64,000 nt of DNA from an uncultured delta proteobacterium (GCA_963712115.1 CAVQGX010000033.1:96001-160000); one strand, 5' to 3'; numbered from the stretch's first letter, positions 27,967 through 39,933 are shown. A program made the numbers and translations. Notes: a model not told the origin generated them from the sequence alone.

Positions 27967-28647
27967 CTATTCGTCGGCTTTTTTCGGTTTCTCTTTCTTG
28001 GCAGGTTCGGTAGATTCTTCTGCAGCCGCCCCCGGTTCAGCATCACTGATTTCAGGTTCCCCTTCTGCCTTTTCCTTGACCGCTGCCTTTTTAGCCTTCG
28101 GTTTCGTTGTCTGTTTACCTTTAGCTTTTTTCTTCTTTTCGGGAACTTCCTCGGCTGCGGCCTCTTCCGGTTCAGCCTCTGCAACCTCGGCCACCTCAGG
28201 TTCAGTTTCTGGAGTTGGTTCAACCGCTGGTGCCTTCACTTTGGCGGCTTTCGGGGCTTTGGTCTTTTTCTTTTTCTTCTTTTTCTCGGTTTCACCTGTC
28301 AGCAGTTCGATGAGACTCAAAGGTGCTCCATCACCGACGCGAAAGCCTACTTTCACCGTTCGAGTATAGCCACCGCTGCGTGCTTGATAACGCTGAGCCA
28401 GGTCGGTGAATAGCTTGTGAACTACGCTCTTATCACGGATCACTTGCAGGGCCTGGCGTCTTGCATGTAGATCTCCCCTCTTGCCCAGCGTGATCATCCA
28501 ATCAGCCCAGCGCCTAAGCTCCTTAGCTTTTGCCTCGGTGGTATATATCCGTTCGTGCTCCAGCAATGAAGTCACCATGTTGCGAAACATGGCCAACCGA
28601 TGGCTGGAAGTGCGGCCTAGTTTCCTCCCACTCTTCCCGTGTCGCAT
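27967..28647 (-). CDS. rplQ: 50S ribosomal protein L17 with a long A/E/K/P-rich C-terminal tail
   Basis: [17 protein letters not shown]...[15 protein letters not shown]. Confidence 0.97.
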   Translation of the reverse strand: MRHGKSGRKLGRTSSHRLAMFRNMVTSLLEHERIYTTEAKAKELRRWADWMITLGKRGDLHARRQALQVIRDKSVVHKLFTDLAQRYQARSGGYTRTVKVGFRVGDGAPLSLIELLTGETEKKKKKKKTKAPKAAKVKAPAVEPTPETEPEVAEVAEAEPEEAAAEEVPEKKKKAKGKQTTKPKAKKAAVKEKAEGEPEISDAEPGAAAEESTEPAKKEKPKKADE

Positions 28648-29655
28648 CTACTCCTGTTCCTTTCTCGCCTCTATTTCATCTCTTGAGGGGAAGTTCTCAA
28701 GTTTCATGCCCAGCGCCAAGCCCATTTCGGTGAGAATTTCTTTGATCTCGTTGAGTGACTTGCGGCCAAAATTCTTGGTTTTTAGCATTTCTGCTTCGGT
28801 TTTCTGGACTAGTTCGCCAATGAGTCGGATGTTGGCGTTCTTCAGACAATTAGCAGAACGTACTGACAATTCAAGCTCGTCCACCGAACGGAAAAGGTTG
28901 TCGTTCAGTTTGGGTTCCTCTTCCTCTTCCTCCTTGGGTTCAACTTCTGGTTCCTCGTCGAAGTTGATAAAGATGGTCATTTGCTCTTTCAAAATTTTTG
29001 CCGCATAGGCCAGGGCGTCCTCTGGCATGACGCTGCCGTCGGTCCAAATTTCCATGGTAAGCTTGTCGTAATCAGTTATCTGGCCCACACGAGCCTGGCT
29101 TATCACATAGTTTACCCTGCGGATGGGAGAAAAGATCGCATCCATTGGGATGACTCCTATGGCAGCATCTTCTTCCAAATTTCGTTCTGCCGGCATGTAG
29201 CCCTTACCGTTCTTGACTTGCATCTCCATGTGCAATCTACCGTCTTTGGACAGAGAGGCTATATGTTGCTCCGGATTGAGAATTTCCACCTCCGGCGGGC
29301 AGTTGAAATCCCCAGCTGTGACCTCGCCCTGCCCTGCTTTGTCCACCTCTATTGTCCTGGGCTCTTCACCATGCAACTTGAGCCTGACCTCTTTTAAGTT
29401 CAAAATGATGTCGGTTACATCTTCACGAACCCCGGGAATAGTGGAGAATTCGTGTAGCACTGCGTCTAATTTCACCGAGGTTATGGCGGCACCCTGCAGT
29501 GATGACAGCATGATGCGTCTTAGGGCGTTGCCAATGGTAATGCCAAAGCCTCTCTCCAATGGTTCACAGGCGAATTTCCCAAAAAACCTTGAGGCGGTTT
29601 TGGAATCTAGTTCTAACTTTTTTGGACTAATTAATTCTCGCCAATTTCTGTACAT
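28648..29655 (-). CDS. rpoA: RNA polymerase alpha subunit
   Basis: [39 protein letters not shown]; AAGGAG RBS before ATG 29655. Confidence 0.98.
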   Translation of the reverse strand: MYRNWRELISPKKLELDSKTASRFFGKFACEPLERGFGITIGNALRRIMLSSLQGAAITSVKLDAVLHEFSTIPGVREDVTDIILNLKEVRLKLHGEEPRTIEVDKAGQGEVTAGDFNCPPEVEILNPEQHIASLSKDGRLHMEMQVKNGKGYMPAERNLEEDAAIGVIPMDAIFSPIRRVNYVISQARVGQITDYDKLTMEIWTDGSVMPEDALAYAAKILKEQMTIFINFDEEPEVEPKEEEEEEPKLNDNLFRSVDELELSVRSANCLKNANIRLIGELVQKTEAEMLKTKNFGRKSLNEIKEILTEMGLALGMKLENFPSRDEIEARKEQE

Positions 29656-29742
29656 ATTAACTCCTTTTAGAAGAACCCGATTTGGCCAGCGGTACGACAT
29701 GTACCGAAAAACAAATAGATAAAATTTGGCCACAATGGGAGT

Positions 29743-30369
29743 CTATTTGGAGTAAAGCTCCACAATGAGCTGTTCCTGGATAGGCATGGTCAATTCGTCA
29801 CGAGACGGATAAGCCTTGACTGTTCCCTTGAACTTGTCCTTTTCCACCTCCAGCCACTGTGGGATCCCCCGCCGCGCTACCGCCTCCATTGCCTCGGCAA
29901 TGGGGACGATGTTGCGACTTTTCTCTTTGACCTCAATGGTGTCATTCTCTTTGATTAAGTAGGATGGAACGTTGACCCGTTTACCATTGACGAAAAAGTG
30001 GTTGTGACGCACCAACTGTCTGGCTTGGGACCTGGAATTAGCAAAGCCCATGCGGTAGACCACATTGTCCAACCGGCGCTCCAGAAAAATGAGCAGGTTG
30101 GTTCCGGTAACCCCCTTCTGTCTTTCAGCCCTGTGGAAATAGGCGCGGAACTGACGTTCCAGCAAGCCGTACATCCGCTTTACCTTCTGCTTTTCCCTTA
30201 ACTGAATGCCGTAGTCAGAAAACTTCTTTCGTCCCTGGCCATGTTGGCCCGGAGGATAACTCCGTCTTTCATAAGCACATTTATCCGAGTAGCAGCGATC
30301 GCCTTTCAGATATAGCTTAAGGTTTTCACGTCGACAGATGCGACATACTGAATCAGTGTATCGAGCCAA
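29743..30369 (-). CDS. rpsD: 30S ribosomal protein S4 (Zn-binding type)
   Basis: CRICRRE..C...[17 protein letters not shown]. Confidence 0.98.
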   Translation of the reverse strand: MARYTDSVCRICRRENLKLYLKGDRCYSDKCAYERRSYPPGQHGQGRKKFSDYGIQLREKQKVKRMYGLLERQFRAYFHRAERQKGVTGTNLLIFLERRLDNVVYRMGFANSRSQARQLVRHNHFFVNGKRVNVPSYLIKENDTIEVKEKSRNIVPIAEAMEAVARRGIPQWLEVEKDKFKGTVKAYPSRDELTMPIQEQLIVELYSK

Positions 30370-30384
30370 AGTAAACCTCCTTGC

Positions 30385-30780
30385 TTACACTCTTCTCCTT
30401 TTAGGTGGCCGGCATCCATTATGGGGAATGGGTGTTACATCACGAATAAGCGTAACGTTAAAACCAGCTGCCTGAAGTGCACGCAGGGCAGCTTCTCGAC
30501 CAGAACCCGGGCCTTTTACGTAAACTTCGATATTCTGCACCCCATGCTCTTGAGCCTTCTTCGCTGCATCATCCGCTGCAAGCTGGGCAGCAAAAGGTGT
30601 GCTCTTACGTGAGCCCTTGAAACCCTGACTACCCGCGCTGGACCAGGCGATTGTATTACCGTTCATATCCGTGATGGTAATTATGGTATTGTTGAAAGTG
30701 GATTGGATATGGGCAACACCATTTTGGATGTTCTTTTTTTCCTTCTTTTTTTTGGAAGCTTTGCCTTTTGCCTTGGCCAT
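30385..30780 (-). CDS. rpsK: 30S ribosomal protein S11
   Basis: [26 protein letters not shown]. Confidence 0.98.
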   Translation of the reverse strand: MAKAKGKASKKKKEKKNIQNGVAHIQSTFNNTIITITDMNGNTIAWSSAGSQGFKGSRKSTPFAAQLAADDAAKKAQEHGVQNIEVYVKGPGSGREAALRALQAAGFNVTLIRDVTPIPHNGCRPPKRRRV

Positions 30781-30859
30781 TTCTCCTCCTGAGTCGGAAT
30801 CTCTCTACAACAAATCATCCTCAGAATGTCTTGTGGATCTTCTTTTCTGCCAACTCTTT

Positions 30860-30911
30860 TGGAATGATGGAATGTTATTCCAATATTCCACTTGCGGGCC
30901 CGGCCCGCAAG
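30860..30911. repeat. Octamer inverted mini-array plus a perfect GC palindrome after rpsM
   Basis: TGGAATGA TGGAATGT TATTCCAA TATTCCA; CTTGCGGGCC-C-GGCCCGCAAG (30891-30911). Confidence 0.6.
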
Positions 30912-30915
30912 CTGC

Positions 30916-31287
30916 CTACTTCTTACGTCGACCGATCATGGATCGCCGAGGTCCTTTTCTGGTACGGGCATTGGTGTGGGTCCGCTGTCCATTCACTGGC
31001 ATTCCCCGCCTGTGACGCAACCCTCGATAGCAGCCTAAATCCATAAGCCGCTTAATGTTCATGGAGACCTCAGTTCTCAAGTCACCTTCCACCTTGTAGT
31101 CGCTATCAATGACTCTACGAATAGCGTTAATTTCCTCCTCGGTGAGAAGATCAGACTTGGTATTGAGGTCTACATTTGCCTTTTCCAAAATTTTCTGCGA
31201 CGTATTACGCCCGATCCCGTAAATGTAGGTAAGAGCTATCTCTATTCGCTTGTTTTTGGGCAAGTCAATGCCCGCAATTCGTGCCAA
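30916..31287 (-). CDS. rpsM: 30S ribosomal protein S13
   Basis: [23 protein letters not shown]. Confidence 0.98.
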   Translation of the reverse strand: MARIAGIDLPKNKRIEIALTYIYGIGRNTSQKILEKANVDLNTKSDLLTEEEINAIRRVIDSDYKVEGDLRTEVSMNIKRLMDLGCYRGLRHRRGMPVNGQRTHTNARTRKGPRRSMIGRRKK

Positions 31288-31303
31288 TGGTTACCCTCCG
31301 TTA

Positions 31304-31417
31304 TTATCCCTGACGCTGCTTGTGCCTGGGATTCTCGCAAATGACACGCACGACGCCGTGACGCCGGATAATTTTGCACTTTCGACAAATACGCTTAACT
31401 GAAGCCCGCACTTTCAT
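31304..31417 (-). CDS. rpmJ: 50S ribosomal protein L36
   Basis: Manual translation [37 protein letters not shown]; below the ORF-track cutoff. Confidence 0.97.
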   Translation of the reverse strand: MKVRASVKRICRKCKIIRRHGVVRVICENPRHKQRQG

Positions 31418-31477
31418 AAGGCGCTCTCCATCCGTCCGCCTTCGAGCGGCAACTGTTGCCGCCAGCCGCAACCGCGG

Positions 31478-31696
31478 TTACTTGGCCCGATAGGTAATCC
31501 GGCCTCTCGTCAGATCATATGGTGACAACTCAACGGTCACCCTGTCTCCAGGAAGAATTTTGATGAAATGCATGCGCATCTTCCCGGAGATGTGGGCAAG
31601 GATCCGGTGGCCATTCTCCAACTCCACCCTGAACATAGCGTTGGGTAGAGGCTCCACCACCGTTCCTTCCACCTCTATCGCTTCTTCCTTTGCCAT
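31478..31696 (-). CDS. infA: Translation initiation factor IF-1
   Basis: [35 protein letters not shown]. Confidence 0.98.
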   Translation of the reverse strand: MAKEEAIEVEGTVVEPLPNAMFRVELENGHRILAHISGKMRMHFIKILPGDRVTVELSPYDLTRGRITYRAK

Positions 31697-31747
31697 TGGC
31701 TCCTCCAATTTGGCATTATCAAGTAGCCATAAATCGGAATGGAAACC

Positions 31748-31840
31748 TTATATAAGGATCACCAGTCCGTTTTCTGCTATGTCAATCAAATGCTCAAAAT
31801 GGGCCCAACGACTAAGATCCTTGGTTGCCGCGGTCAATCC
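31748..31840 (-). pseudogene. map: C-terminal remnant of methionine aminopeptidase
   Basis: Translates GLTAATKDLSRWAHFEHLIDIAENGLVILI*, resembling the Map C-terminus (GWT..TKD.SLSAHFEHTI.IT..G.EILT) at the syntenic adk-infA position. Confidence 0.85.
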
Positions 31841-31846
31841 TTTCCT

Positions 31847-32488
31847 TTAGGAAAGCACCGAAGTGATCCGCTCGAAGATCTCTTTCATCTCACCCACTCC
31901 GTCGATGGGCCTTATTTTCCCCTGTACCTTGTAATAGTCAATGAGCGGCAGGGTTTGAGAATCATAAACATCGAGGCGAGACTTCACGGTCCCTTCATTA
32001 TCATCGTCTCGCTGGTAAAGATCACCCCCGCACTTGTTGCAGACACCTTCCGCTTTGGGCGGATCAAACATCACATGGTAACCGGCACCACACTCGCGGC
32101 AAGTGCGCCTGCCGGTAAGACGCTTGATCAGCTCCTCACTGGCCACCTCGATGCTCACTACGTGGTCAATCTGCGCACTCAGCTTACTCAGCATCCCGTC
32201 CAGGGCCTCTGCCTGGGGAACTGTCCGGGGAAAACCGTCCAACATGTAACCCTTCACACAGTCGGGCTCCTGAATCCGTTCTTCAACAATACCAATCACC
32301 ACCGAATCGGGCACCAACCCACCTTTGTCCATGTAGCTCTTGGCCTCTTTGCCCAGTGGAGTCCCCTCCTTAACCGCAGCTCGCAGAATATCCCCAGTGG
32401 AGATCTGGGGAATCTGATACTTGTCAATAAGCATCTTGGCTTGCGTACCTTTTCCTGCTCCCGGTGGCCCTAGCAAAATGATGTTCAT
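31847..32488 (-). CDS. adk: Adenylate kinase (Zn-LID type)
   Basis: GPPGAGKGTQ, LDGFPRT, CRECG..CNKCG. Confidence 0.98.
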   Translation of the reverse strand: MNIILLGPPGAGKGTQAKMLIDKYQIPQISTGDILRAAVKEGTPLGKEAKSYMDKGGLVPDSVVIGIVEERIQEPDCVKGYMLDGFPRTVPQAEALDGMLSKLSAQIDHVVSIEVASEELIKRLTGRRTCRECGAGYHVMFDPPKAEGVCNKCGGDLYQRDDDNEGTVKSRLDVYDSQTLPLIDYYKVQGKIRPIDGVGEMKEIFERITSVLS

Positions 32489-32553
32489 AATGTCCTCCAT
32501 CTCCAGTTGTTACAAAGATCAGTATCAGGAACAAAACACTACTAGCACGTCTC

Positions 32554-33861
32554 TCAACGTCTTCCCTTCATTCTTGATTTCTTAATGAAGCCCTCATAGT
32601 GCCGAGTTAACATGTGGGATTCTATCTGTGCCACCGTATCGATAGCCACACCCACCACAATTAACAAGGCCGTACCACCAAAATAGAAGGGGACCCTGAA
32701 TTTCTGTATTAGTATCGTGGGCAGTACACAAACTGCTGATACGTAGATAGCCCCACCAAAGGTTATCCTTGATAGAACTCGGTCAATGTAATCAGCGGTA
32801 CGTTTACCCGGACGAATACCCGGAATAAAGCCCCCGTACTTTTTCATGTTTTCTGCCGCGTCAACCGGGTTGAAGACCACCGCCGTGTAGAAATAGCAAA
32901 AGAAGACAATAAAACCCACGTAGAGCAGGCTGTAAACCAGCCTGCCGGGTGCTACGGCATCGGCTACCGCCTTCATCCAGGGGATTTGGATGAAGTTGGC
33001 AATGGTGGCGGGAAACATGATAATGGAGGATGCAAAAATTGGCGGGATCACTCCCGCGGTGTTCACCTTCAAAGGCAAGTGAGTGGACTGTCCCCCGTAC
33101 ATCTTACGTCCTACCACGCGCTTGGCATACTGCACAGGAATTTTGCGCTGCCCCCGTTCAACGAAGATAATTACCGCCACCACCCCAATCATCATCACCA
33201 AAATTATTAATATCATGAAGGTGGAAAGGGTGTCCGCTTTCCACATTCGCATGGTGTTGATGATTGCAGCCGGCATGCGGGCTACGATTCCCGCAAAGAT
33301 GATCAGCGAGATGCCATTTCCAATGCCCCGCTCAGTTATTTGCTCACCCAACCACATAATAAAAGCCGTGCCCGCAGTAAGGGTGATCACTGTCATTAAC
33401 CGGAAGCCCCACCCCGGATGCAAGACCACCATTTCTCCTCCGGGCCCACTCATGCCTTCCAAGCCGAAGGCAATGCCGAAGCCCTGGATGAGGCTAAGGA
33501 CCACGGTACCATAACGGGTATATTGGGTAATTTTCTTCCTGCCTGCTTCACCTTCCTTGTTGAGCCGATCCAGATAAGGAATAACAACGGTCAATAGTTG
33601 CAAGATGATGGAGGCACTGATGTAAGGCATAATTCCTAGGGCAAAAACCGAGAGGTTGCTAAGAGCCCCGCCGGCAAACATGTCAAAAAGGCCCAACAGG
33701 GTACCCTGCGCTTGGGCAAAAAACGCCTGCAGTGCCTCACTATTGATCCCAGGTGTAGGCACATGAGCACCGACTCGATACACTGCCAACAGAGCAAAAG
33801 TCGCCAAGATGCGGCGCTTTAACTCGGGGATCTTCCCTATGGTCTGAAATCCACCTATCAA
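32554..33861 (-). CDS. secY: Preprotein translocase subunit SecY
   Basis: [34 protein letters not shown]. Confidence 0.98.
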   Translation of the reverse strand: MIGGFQTIGKIPELKRRILATFALLAVYRVGAHVPTPGINSEALQAFFAQAQGTLLGLFDMFAGGALSNLSVFALGIMPYISASIILQLLTVVIPYLDRLNKEGEAGRKKITQYTRYGTVVLSLIQGFGIAFGLEGMSGPGGEMVVLHPGWGFRLMTVITLTAGTAFIMWLGEQITERGIGNGISLIIFAGIVARMPAAIINTMRMWKADTLSTFMILIILVMMIGVVAVIIFVERGQRKIPVQYAKRVVGRKMYGGQSTHLPLKVNTAGVIPPIFASSIIMFPATIANFIQIPWMKAVADAVAPGRLVYSLLYVGFIVFFCYFYTAVVFNPVDAAENMKKYGGFIPGIRPGKRTADYIDRVLSRITFGGAIYVSAVCVLPTILIQKFRVPFYFGGTALLIVVGVAIDTVAQIESHMLTRHYEGFIKKSRMKGRR

Positions 33862-33887
33862 TTCAGTGCTCCGTTTCTCTACGCACC

Positions 33888-33923
33888 TGGAATATTGGAG
33901 TATTGGAGTGTTGGAGTAATGGG
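33888..33923. repeat. Octamer array (TGGAGTAT-like) x4
   Basis: TGGAATAT TGGAGTAT TGGAGTGT TGGAGTAA TGGG; 2 nt from the rplO stop. Confidence 0.75.
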
Positions 33924-33925
33924 TC

Positions 33926-34366
33926 TCAAACTGCCTCCACCTTGCCTCCTGCAGCCTCGATTTTCTGGCGCGCCCCAGCGCTGCAGCGGTCTACCTTCAC
34001 CGTTAGCGGCTTGTCGATCTCTCCATCGCCAAGCAACTTAACACCATCAAATTGTCCTCTAACCAGACCGCTCTGTCGGAGAACCTCTTCATCCACCACA
34101 CTGTCGGGAGCAAATAGCTCAAGGTCTCTGACGTTGATCTCGGCGAAAACCTTCCTGAAGGGATTGTAAAAACCCCTCTTGGGAAGACGACGCTGCAGGG
34201 GCATCTGGCCACCCTCGAACCCGGGGGGCACGCCCCCTCCTGAGCGAGATTTCTGGCCCTTGGCGCCTCGACCAGCTGTTGTGCCTCGTCCCGACCCCGG
34301 CCCACGTCCAACTCGCCTGGCTTTCTTTTTCGCGCCCCGAGGCGGTTTTAGTTCATCCAGTCTCAT
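33926..34366 (-). CDS. rplO: 50S ribosomal protein L15
   Basis: [24 protein letters not shown]. Confidence 0.97.
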   Translation of the reverse strand: MRLDELKPPRGAKKKARRVGRGPGSGRGTTAGRGAKGQKSRSGGGVPPGFEGGQMPLQRRLPKRGFYNPFRKVFAEINVRDLELFAPDSVVDEEVLRQSGLVRGQFDGVKLLGDGEIDKPLTVKVDRCSAGARQKIEAAGGKVEAV

Positions 34367-34414
34367 TTGCAATCCGTTATCTTAATCCTGTTTGATCTGA
34401 GCTTTACCAGTTGC

Positions 34415-34597
34415 CTATGCTTCAGATACTTCAACCATGTGCTTAACTTTGCGAATTGCCCCCATGATCTGGGGCGTGTCATAGAGAGTAACCGTCTTAT
34501 GCAGTCGGGTGAGGCCAAGGCTCTTGAGAATCTTCCGATGCTTTTCCGGTCTGCCCACCCAGCTGCGAACAAGTTTAACTTGGATCTCCTTTGCCAT
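34415..34597 (-). CDS. rpmD: 50S ribosomal protein L30
   Basis: Position in the spc operon; VKLVRS...LGL.RLHKTV. Confidence 0.95.
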   Translation of the reverse strand: MAKEIQVKLVRSWVGRPEKHRKILKSLGLTRLHKTVTLYDTPQIMGAIRKVKHMVEVSEA

Positions 34598-34622
34598 CCT
34601 TCTGCCTCTTCTATCTTCCGCT

Positions 34623-35123
34623 TTATGCCTTCATCTCTTCGAGATTCTTGCCGCGTCTCTTGGCAATCGCCTCTGGACTGCGGAGCATGCTCAATCCCTC
34701 AATCGTCGCTTTCACCACGTTGTGAGGATTGTTTGAACCCAGGCACTTGGTAAGAATATTGTGCACTCCGGCTGCCTCCATAATAGCCCTGACAGCCCCT
34801 CCGGCTATAACACCGGTTCCTTCAGAGGCTGGTTTAAGCAGCACACTAGCAGCACCATACTTACCCAGAATCTCATAGGGGATTGTGTTATTGATGAGAG
34901 GTACCTTGAACATGTTTTTCTTAGCCATCTCCACACCCTTGCGGATAGCCTCTGGTACCTCATTCGCCTTCCCCAGGGCAGCCCCTACTGAACCCTGCCC
35001 GTCACCCACTACTACGATGGCGCTGAAGCTGAAACGCCGTCCACCTTTGACCACCTTGGCCACACGGCTAATATGCACCACCTTGTCAATTAACTGCAGC
35101 TCCTTTGCGTCCATTTCGTACAA
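34623..35123 (-). CDS. rpsE: 30S ribosomal protein S5
   Basis: [22 protein letters not shown]. Confidence 0.98.
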   Translation of the reverse strand: MYEMDAKELQLIDKVVHISRVAKVVKGGRRFSFSAIVVVGDGQGSVGAALGKANEVPEAIRKGVEMAKKNMFKVPLINNTIPYEILGKYGAASVLLKPASEGTGVIAGGAVRAIMEAAGVHNILTKCLGSNNPHNVVKATIEGLSMLRSPEAIAKRRGKNLEEMKA

Positions 35124-35140
35124 GGGAATTCTCCTTTTTT

Positions 35141-35283
35141 AGCTATCAGCGGTCAGCTATCGGCTTTCAGAATTACACAACATTAACCCCAACCGCTTAC
35201 ATTCGTCTGAGTGAGTCTTTGTTATTAATCGTTAGCTCTTCTCCAACCCGCTGAGAGCTGAAAGCTGACGGCTGATAGCTAAC
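35141..35283. repeat. Inverted heptamer array (AGCTATC)n...(GCTGANN)n
   Basis: AGCTATC AGCGGTC AGCTATC GGCTTTC ... GCTGAGA GCTGAAA GCTGACG GCTGATA GCT; abuts the rplR stop. Confidence 0.85.
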
Positions 35284-35655
35284 TCAAAACTCCAACCCTG
35301 CCTCTCTGGCCGCCGTGGCTAGAGCGCGCACCCGGCCATGATACAAGAAGCCGTTGCGATCGAATACCACCCTTGTGATCCCGTGTGCTTTTGCCTTTTG
35401 GGCGATCATCTTGCCTACTCGTTTGGCGTTCTCCATCTTACCCTTGACCTTTTCTTGCTCTCGAATCTCAGGATGCAGGGTGGAGCCAGCAACCAAGGTC
35501 ACTCCGTTTAAGTCGTCGATCACCTGGGCATATATATGTTTACTAGAGCGAAAGACGCTGAGCCTTGGTCGCTCTGGGCTTCCATATATCTTTGTCCTTA
35601 TTCGTTTTTTTCTTTTAAGACGTGCTTCCTGCCTGGGGTTTAATCTCGATCCCAT
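35284..35655 (-). CDS. rplR: 50S ribosomal protein L18
   Basis: [30 protein letters not shown]. Confidence 0.98.
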   Translation of the reverse strand: MGSRLNPRQEARLKRKKRIRTKIYGSPERPRLSVFRSSKHIYAQVIDDLNGVTLVAGSTLHPEIREQEKVKGKMENAKRVGKMIAQKAKAHGITRVVFDRNGFLYHGRVRALATAAREAGLEF

Positions 35656-35670
35656 TTTTCTTCACCTATA

Positions 35671-35740
35671 TAGCAATCAGCTTTTAGCTCTCAGCGGTCA
35701 GCGAGGCAACTGATAGCTGACGGCTGATCGCTGAATGCTA
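35671..35740. repeat. Inverted heptamer array, same family as 35141-35283
   Basis: AGCAATC AGCTTTT AGCTCTC AGCGGTC ... CTGATAG CTGACGG CTGATCG CTGAATG; 2 nt from the rplF stop. Confidence 0.85.
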
Positions 35741-35742
35741 GA

Positions 35743-36285
35743 TTACTTTACTCCCGCTTTGCCCACTTTGCGCCGTACCACCTCGTCGGCATATCTGATT
35801 CCTTTGCCTTTGTATGGCTCGCAGCGACGAAAGTCGCGGATATTGGCAGCAGTCATGCCCAAAAGTTCTTTATCGATTCCGCTCAAGGTAATGCGGTTCT
35901 GTTTGTCCACTTCGGCCTCTATACCCTTGGGTAATTTATACTCAATAGGGTGCGAATAGCCCAGACTCAGGTGTAAGGTGTTGCCCCTAACATCGGCACG
36001 ATAACCAACACCGCTAATCTCGAGCACCTTGGTATAACCAGTGGTCACCCCAACCACCATGTTGTTGATCAGGGTCCGAGTCAGGCCTTGGAGTGCTCTG
36101 GCCTTTTTGCCGCTCGTAGCCTCCGGACTTACAACAATATTTCCGTCTGTAACTTCCACCAACACCCCAGCTGGAAGTTCACGTTTGAGCGCACCCTTGC
36201 TTCCGGCGACTTCAATCTCCAAATCACTGAGATTAACCTTTACGCCGGATGGCAGCTGAATAGGTTGTTTACCAATACGAGACAT
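35743..36285 (-). CDS. rplF: 50S ribosomal protein L6
   Basis: MSRIGKQP, GVGYRA, EPYKGKGIRY. Confidence 0.98.
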   Translation of the reverse strand: MSRIGKQPIQLPSGVKVNLSDLEIEVAGSKGALKRELPAGVLVEVTDGNIVVSPEATSGKKARALQGLTRTLINNMVVGVTTGYTKVLEISGVGYRADVRGNTLHLSLGYSHPIEYKLPKGIEAEVDKQNRITLSGIDKELLGMTAANIRDFRRCEPYKGKGIRYADEVVRRKVGKAGVK

Positions 36286-36325
36286 TGAAGATCCTCCTCA
36301 ACGGATCCAGGTTCCCTCGCAACCT

Positions 36326-36724
36326 CTACCACACCTTACACAGGAGCTCACCGCCGATTTTTTGTTTGCGGGCCTCCCGATCTGTAAGTAACCCTTTGGA
36401 AGTGGAGAGGATTGCCGTGCCATATCCATTTAGTACATAGGGGATCTTGTCGTGTCGAACGTAGATCCTGCAGCTCGGCTTGCTTATCCGCTCCAAGCCT
36501 CCTATAATTGGCACATTCTTGTCATCGTATCTCAGATACACGCGCAAGGTACCCTGTCTCTTGTCTTTGACGAGTTTGTAGTTCTTGATGTAGCCCTCTT
36601 CCTTTAGCAGTTTAGCGATGCTCAGCTTCATCTTGGAGGAAGGAACATCCACCCGTTCATAATGTGCCATACATGCATTACGAATCCGGGTGAGAAAATC
36701 TGCAATGGGATCCGTCATCACCAT
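36326..36724 (-). CDS. rpsH: 30S ribosomal protein S8
   Basis: [27 protein letters not shown]. Confidence 0.98.
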   Translation of the reverse strand: MVMTDPIADFLTRIRNACMAHYERVDVPSSKMKLSIAKLLKEEGYIKNYKLVKDKRQGTLRVYLRYDDKNVPIIGGLERISKPSCRIYVRHDKIPYVLNGYGTAILSTSKGLLTDREARKQKIGGELLCKVW

Positions 36725-36739
36725 GGAGATGCTCCTTTG

Positions 36740-36925
36740 CTACCAGCTTGACTTTACTACCCCGGGAAGTTCGCCCCGCAGAGCCATACCGCGGAAGCAG
36801 ATGCGACAGATACCGAACTTGCGCAAAAAGGCCCTTGGGCGCCCACAAAGAGGGCAGCGATTGTATGTTCGCACCTTGAACTTAGGTTTTCTGTTTGCTT
36901 TGGCAATAAGCGACTTTTTTGCCAA
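36740..36925 (-). CDS. rpsN: 30S ribosomal protein S14 (short Zn-binding type)
   Basis: RCPLCGRPR...CRICFR; 61 aa. Confidence 0.97.
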   Translation of the reverse strand: MAKKSLIAKANRKPKFKVRTYNRCPLCGRPRAFLRKFGICRICFRGMALRGELPGVVKSSW

Positions 36926-36945
36926 GATTACCTCCTCTGTCCTTC

Positions 36946-37485
36946 CTAGTTCCTAAATGGCATACCCATCATCTTCAACAGCGCCTTACCCTCTTCATCG
37001 GTTTTGGCTGTTGTGACTATGGTTATGTTGAGCCCTTTGATCTTATCAATCTTATCGTAATCGATCTCCGGGAAAATTATGTGCTCTTTGATTCCCAAGG
37101 TATAGTTTCCCCGGCCATCAAAGGACTTATCTGACAAACCGCGAAAGTCGCGTACTCGAGGTAGGGTGACGTTAACCAACTTGTCGAAAAAGTCGTACAT
37201 CCGCCCCCTTCGGAGAGTTACCATACAGCCGATGGGCATTCCCTCCCTCAACTTGAATGAGGCGATGGACTTCCGTGCCCGGGTTACAACTGGGCGCTGC
37301 CCGGCAATAAGAGCCAGCTCTTCCATTGCCGCGTCCAAAACCTTGATGTTCTGAATGGCCTCCCCCAGCCCCATGTTAAGAATTATCTTATCCAGCCGCG
37401 GAACTTCCATTGGACTCGTATAATTAAAATCTTTGGTGAGAGCAGGCTTCAAATCTTTCTGATAAGTTTCTATCAATCTGGACAT
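36946..37485 (-). CDS. rplE: 50S ribosomal protein L5
   Basis: [26 protein letters not shown]. Confidence 0.98.
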   Translation of the reverse strand: MSRLIETYQKDLKPALTKDFNYTSPMEVPRLDKIILNMGLGEAIQNIKVLDAAMEELALIAGQRPVVTRARKSIASFKLREGMPIGCMVTLRRGRMYDFFDKLVNVTLPRVRDFRGLSDKSFDGRGNYTLGIKEHIIFPEIDYDKIDKIKGLNITIVTTAKTDEEGKALLKMMGMPFRN

Positions 37486-37549
37486 CTAATAAAACCTCTG
37501 TTTTTTCACCACAAAAAGCACAATGTCTCAATAGATGACTTGCTCGCCT

Positions 37550-37879
37550 TTATTCTATGATCTCGTCGCATTTCTTGCAGTAGCGCACCCTGCTACCGTC
37601 CTCAAGCACCCTTCGTCCTACCCGAGTAGAATCCGTACACTTACCGCACACAACCATAAGGTTAGAGATATTTATGGGGTTTTCCTTCTCGACGATACCC
37701 CCCTGGCGACTGTGGGCTCCTGGCCTCATGTGGCGCTTGATAAAGTTTACTTTCTCCACCACTGCCCTATCCTTTTTGGGCAATATCCTCAGAACCTTGC
37801 CGCTCTTACCCTTCTCTTTGCCGGCAATCACCATGACCGTGTCATTTTTCTTTATGTGGTAATTACTTCCTTTTGCCAT
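37550..37879 (-). CDS. rplX: 50S ribosomal protein L24
   Basis: KOW motif [15 protein letters not shown]. Confidence 0.97.
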   Translation of the reverse strand: MAKGSNYHIKKNDTVMVIAGKEKGKSGKVLRILPKKDRAVVEKVNFIKRHMRPGAHSRQGGIVEKENPINISNLMVVCGKCTDSTRVGRRVLEDGSRVRYCKKCDEIIE

Positions 37880-37908
37880 CAAACCTACCTCTCGCAGGAC
37901 CCCCCTCG

Positions 37909-38277
37909 CTAGAGCACCTCTGGTGCTAGAGAGACGATTTTCATAAATCCCTTTGTCCGTAATTCACGCGCCACCGGGCCAAAAATCCGGGTGCCAATAG
38001 GTTCACGTTGCTGGTTGACCAGCACAGCAGAATTGTCATCAAAACGGATATAGGAACCGTCTTTGCGGCGAATCTCTTTCTTGGTCCGCACCACCACTGC
38101 TTTCATCACATCACCAGGCCTGACCTTAGCGTTGGGGATGGCTTCCTTGACAGAGACCACAATAATATCTCCCACTCTCGCATAACGCTTTCTGGATCCG
38201 CCCAAGACCTTAATACAATAGAGCTTCTTAGCCCCTGAATTGTCAGCAGCCAAAAGCCTCGTTTCTGATTGAATCAT
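37909..38277 (-). CDS. rplN: 50S ribosomal protein L14
   Basis: [19 protein letters not shown]. Confidence 0.98.
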   Translation of the reverse strand: MIQSETRLLAADNSGAKKLYCIKVLGGSRKRYARVGDIIVVSVKEAIPNAKVRPGDVMKAVVVRTKKEIRRKDGSYIRFDDNSAVLVNQQREPIGTRIFGPVARELRTKGFMKIVSLAPEVL

Positions 38278-38333
38278 CGCTCACTCCAATGCGGGTTTGA
38301 TCCGCCGGGAATTTAGCCTTATTGCTCCTCTAA

Positions 38334-38594
38334 CTATGTGACCGCCTTTTCAACGATTTGACTCACTTGCCAGCGCTTGGTCTTGCTGCGAGGCCTGGTT
38401 TCACGGATCACCACCCGATCGCCCTTCTGACATGTATTGTTTTCATCATGAGCCTTAAATTTTGCCCGTCTCCGCACGTACTTCCGGTAGACTGGGTGCT
38501 TAACTAGCCTATCAACTTGCACTACCACGGTCTTGTCCATTTTGTCGCTAATGACAATACCGGTCTGGGTTTTCCGTAAACCTCGCTCCTTCAT
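38334..38594 (-). CDS. rpsQ: 30S ribosomal protein S17
   Basis: [25 protein letters not shown]. Confidence 0.98.
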   Translation of the reverse strand: MKERGLRKTQTGIVISDKMDKTVVVQVDRLVKHPVYRKYVRRRAKFKAHDENNTCQKGDRVVIRETRPRSKTKRWQVSQIVEKAVT

Positions 38595-38597
38595 GCT

Positions 38598-38798
38598 CTA
38601 GTCCTCTTCTGCCCCATGCTTTTCCACCAAAATAGTCTTTACCCGGGCTATGTCTTTTCGGGTTCTCTTTAGTTGAGCTGTATTGTCCAACTGACCGGTA
38701 GCGTGCTGGAATTTTAGGTTAAAAAGTGCCTCAGCCAGCTCTTTTTCTTTAACTACCAACTCCTCAATGCTCAGGTCACGGTATTCGCTTGCCTTCAT
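38598..38798 (-). CDS. rpmC: 50S ribosomal protein L29
   Basis: [22 protein letters not shown]. Confidence 0.97.
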   Translation of the reverse strand: MKASEYRDLSIEELVVKEKELAEALFNLKFQHATGQLDNTAQLKRTRKDIARVKTILVEKHGAEED

Positions 38799-39211
38799 CA
38801 GCTTCCCTCCCGGCTGACGAATCGGGTCCCAAAGCCCAGCTTGTGACCAGCCAACCTAAAGGCCTCCCTCGCCACTGGTTCGGGCACACCTTCCATTTCG
38901 TATAGAATTTTACCCGGTCGTACCACAGCCACCCATCCTTCTGGAGACCCTTTGCCTTTGCCCATTCTGGTCTCAGTAGGCTTTTTGGTAATGGGCTTAT
39001 CTGGAAAAACTCGAATCCAAATTTTACCGCCCCTTTTGATGTGCCGAGTCATGGCGATACGCGCCGCCTCAATCTGTCTGGCGGTCATCCATGAACATTC
39101 AGTGGCTTGCAGCCCATAATCACCGAATGTAAGCTCACTGCCTCGATAGGCCTTACCCTTCATTCGTCCTTTTTGTCTCTTTCTGTACTTGACCTTCTTC
39201 GGTGCCAGCAT
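38798..39211 (-). CDS. rplP: 50S ribosomal protein L16
   Basis: [15 protein letters not shown]. Confidence 0.98.
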   Translation of the reverse strand: MLAPKKVKYRKRQKGRMKGKAYRGSELTFGDYGLQATECSWMTARQIEAARIAMTRHIKRGGKIWIRVFPDKPITKKPTETRMGKGKGSPEGWVAVVRPGKILYEMEGVPEPVAREAFRLAGHKLGFGTRFVSREGS

Positions 39212-39290
39212 TGCCTAGCTATCTCCCAATATTTCAACTGGTTTCAATATTGCCTGTGGTTTATTCTTTCCCATGCATGAACACTATAGA

Positions 39291-39917
39291 TCAGGTCAAA
39301 ACCTCGCCTTTGAAAATCCAAACCTTTACGCCAATTATCCCGTAGGTGGTCTTGGCAACTGCGGTGCCATAATCAATGTCGGCCCGCAGGGTATGCAAAG
39401 GCACTCTCCCTTCCCGGTACCACTCCCGTCTGGCCATTTCGGCACCACCCAAGCGGCCTGCACAGGCCACCCGTACTCCTTTGGCGCCGAATTTCAATGC
39501 TGAACTCACAGCCTTTTTCATGGCCCGACGAAAAGCGACTCTCCGTGTCAGCTGCAAGGCAATATTTTCGGCAACCAAAGTGGCATCCATCTCAGGCTTA
39601 CGCACCTCTTGTATATCGATGAGGATCTCGCGCCTCACCATCTGCTCCAACTGTCTCTTCAGAGCCTCGATTTCGGAGCCTTTCTTGCCAATGACAATGC
39701 CGGGCCTGGCAGTGTGAATTCTAATCCTCGCCCGATCAGCTGCACGGGCAATTTCAATCTGGGCAATGCCCGCATGATACAGCTTCTCTTTGAGAAACTC
39801 CCGAATTTTGGCATCTTCGTGAACGAGCTTGGCGTATTCTTTCTTAGCAAACCATTTTGAATCCCACGTTCTAATGATGCCGAGTCTAAGACCGACCGGA
39901 TGTACCTTTTGACCCAA
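39291..39917 (-). CDS. rpsC: 30S ribosomal protein S3
   Basis: [27 protein letters not shown]. Confidence 0.98.
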   Translation of the reverse strand: MGQKVHPVGLRLGIIRTWDSKWFAKKEYAKLVHEDAKIREFLKEKLYHAGIAQIEIARAADRARIRIHTARPGIVIGKKGSEIEALKRQLEQMVRREILIDIQEVRKPEMDATLVAENIALQLTRRVAFRRAMKKAVSSALKFGAKGVRVACAGRLGGAEMARREWYREGRVPLHTLRADIDYGTAVAKTTYGIIGVKVWIFKGEVLT

Positions 39918-39933
39918 TCTTCACCTCCAAAAT

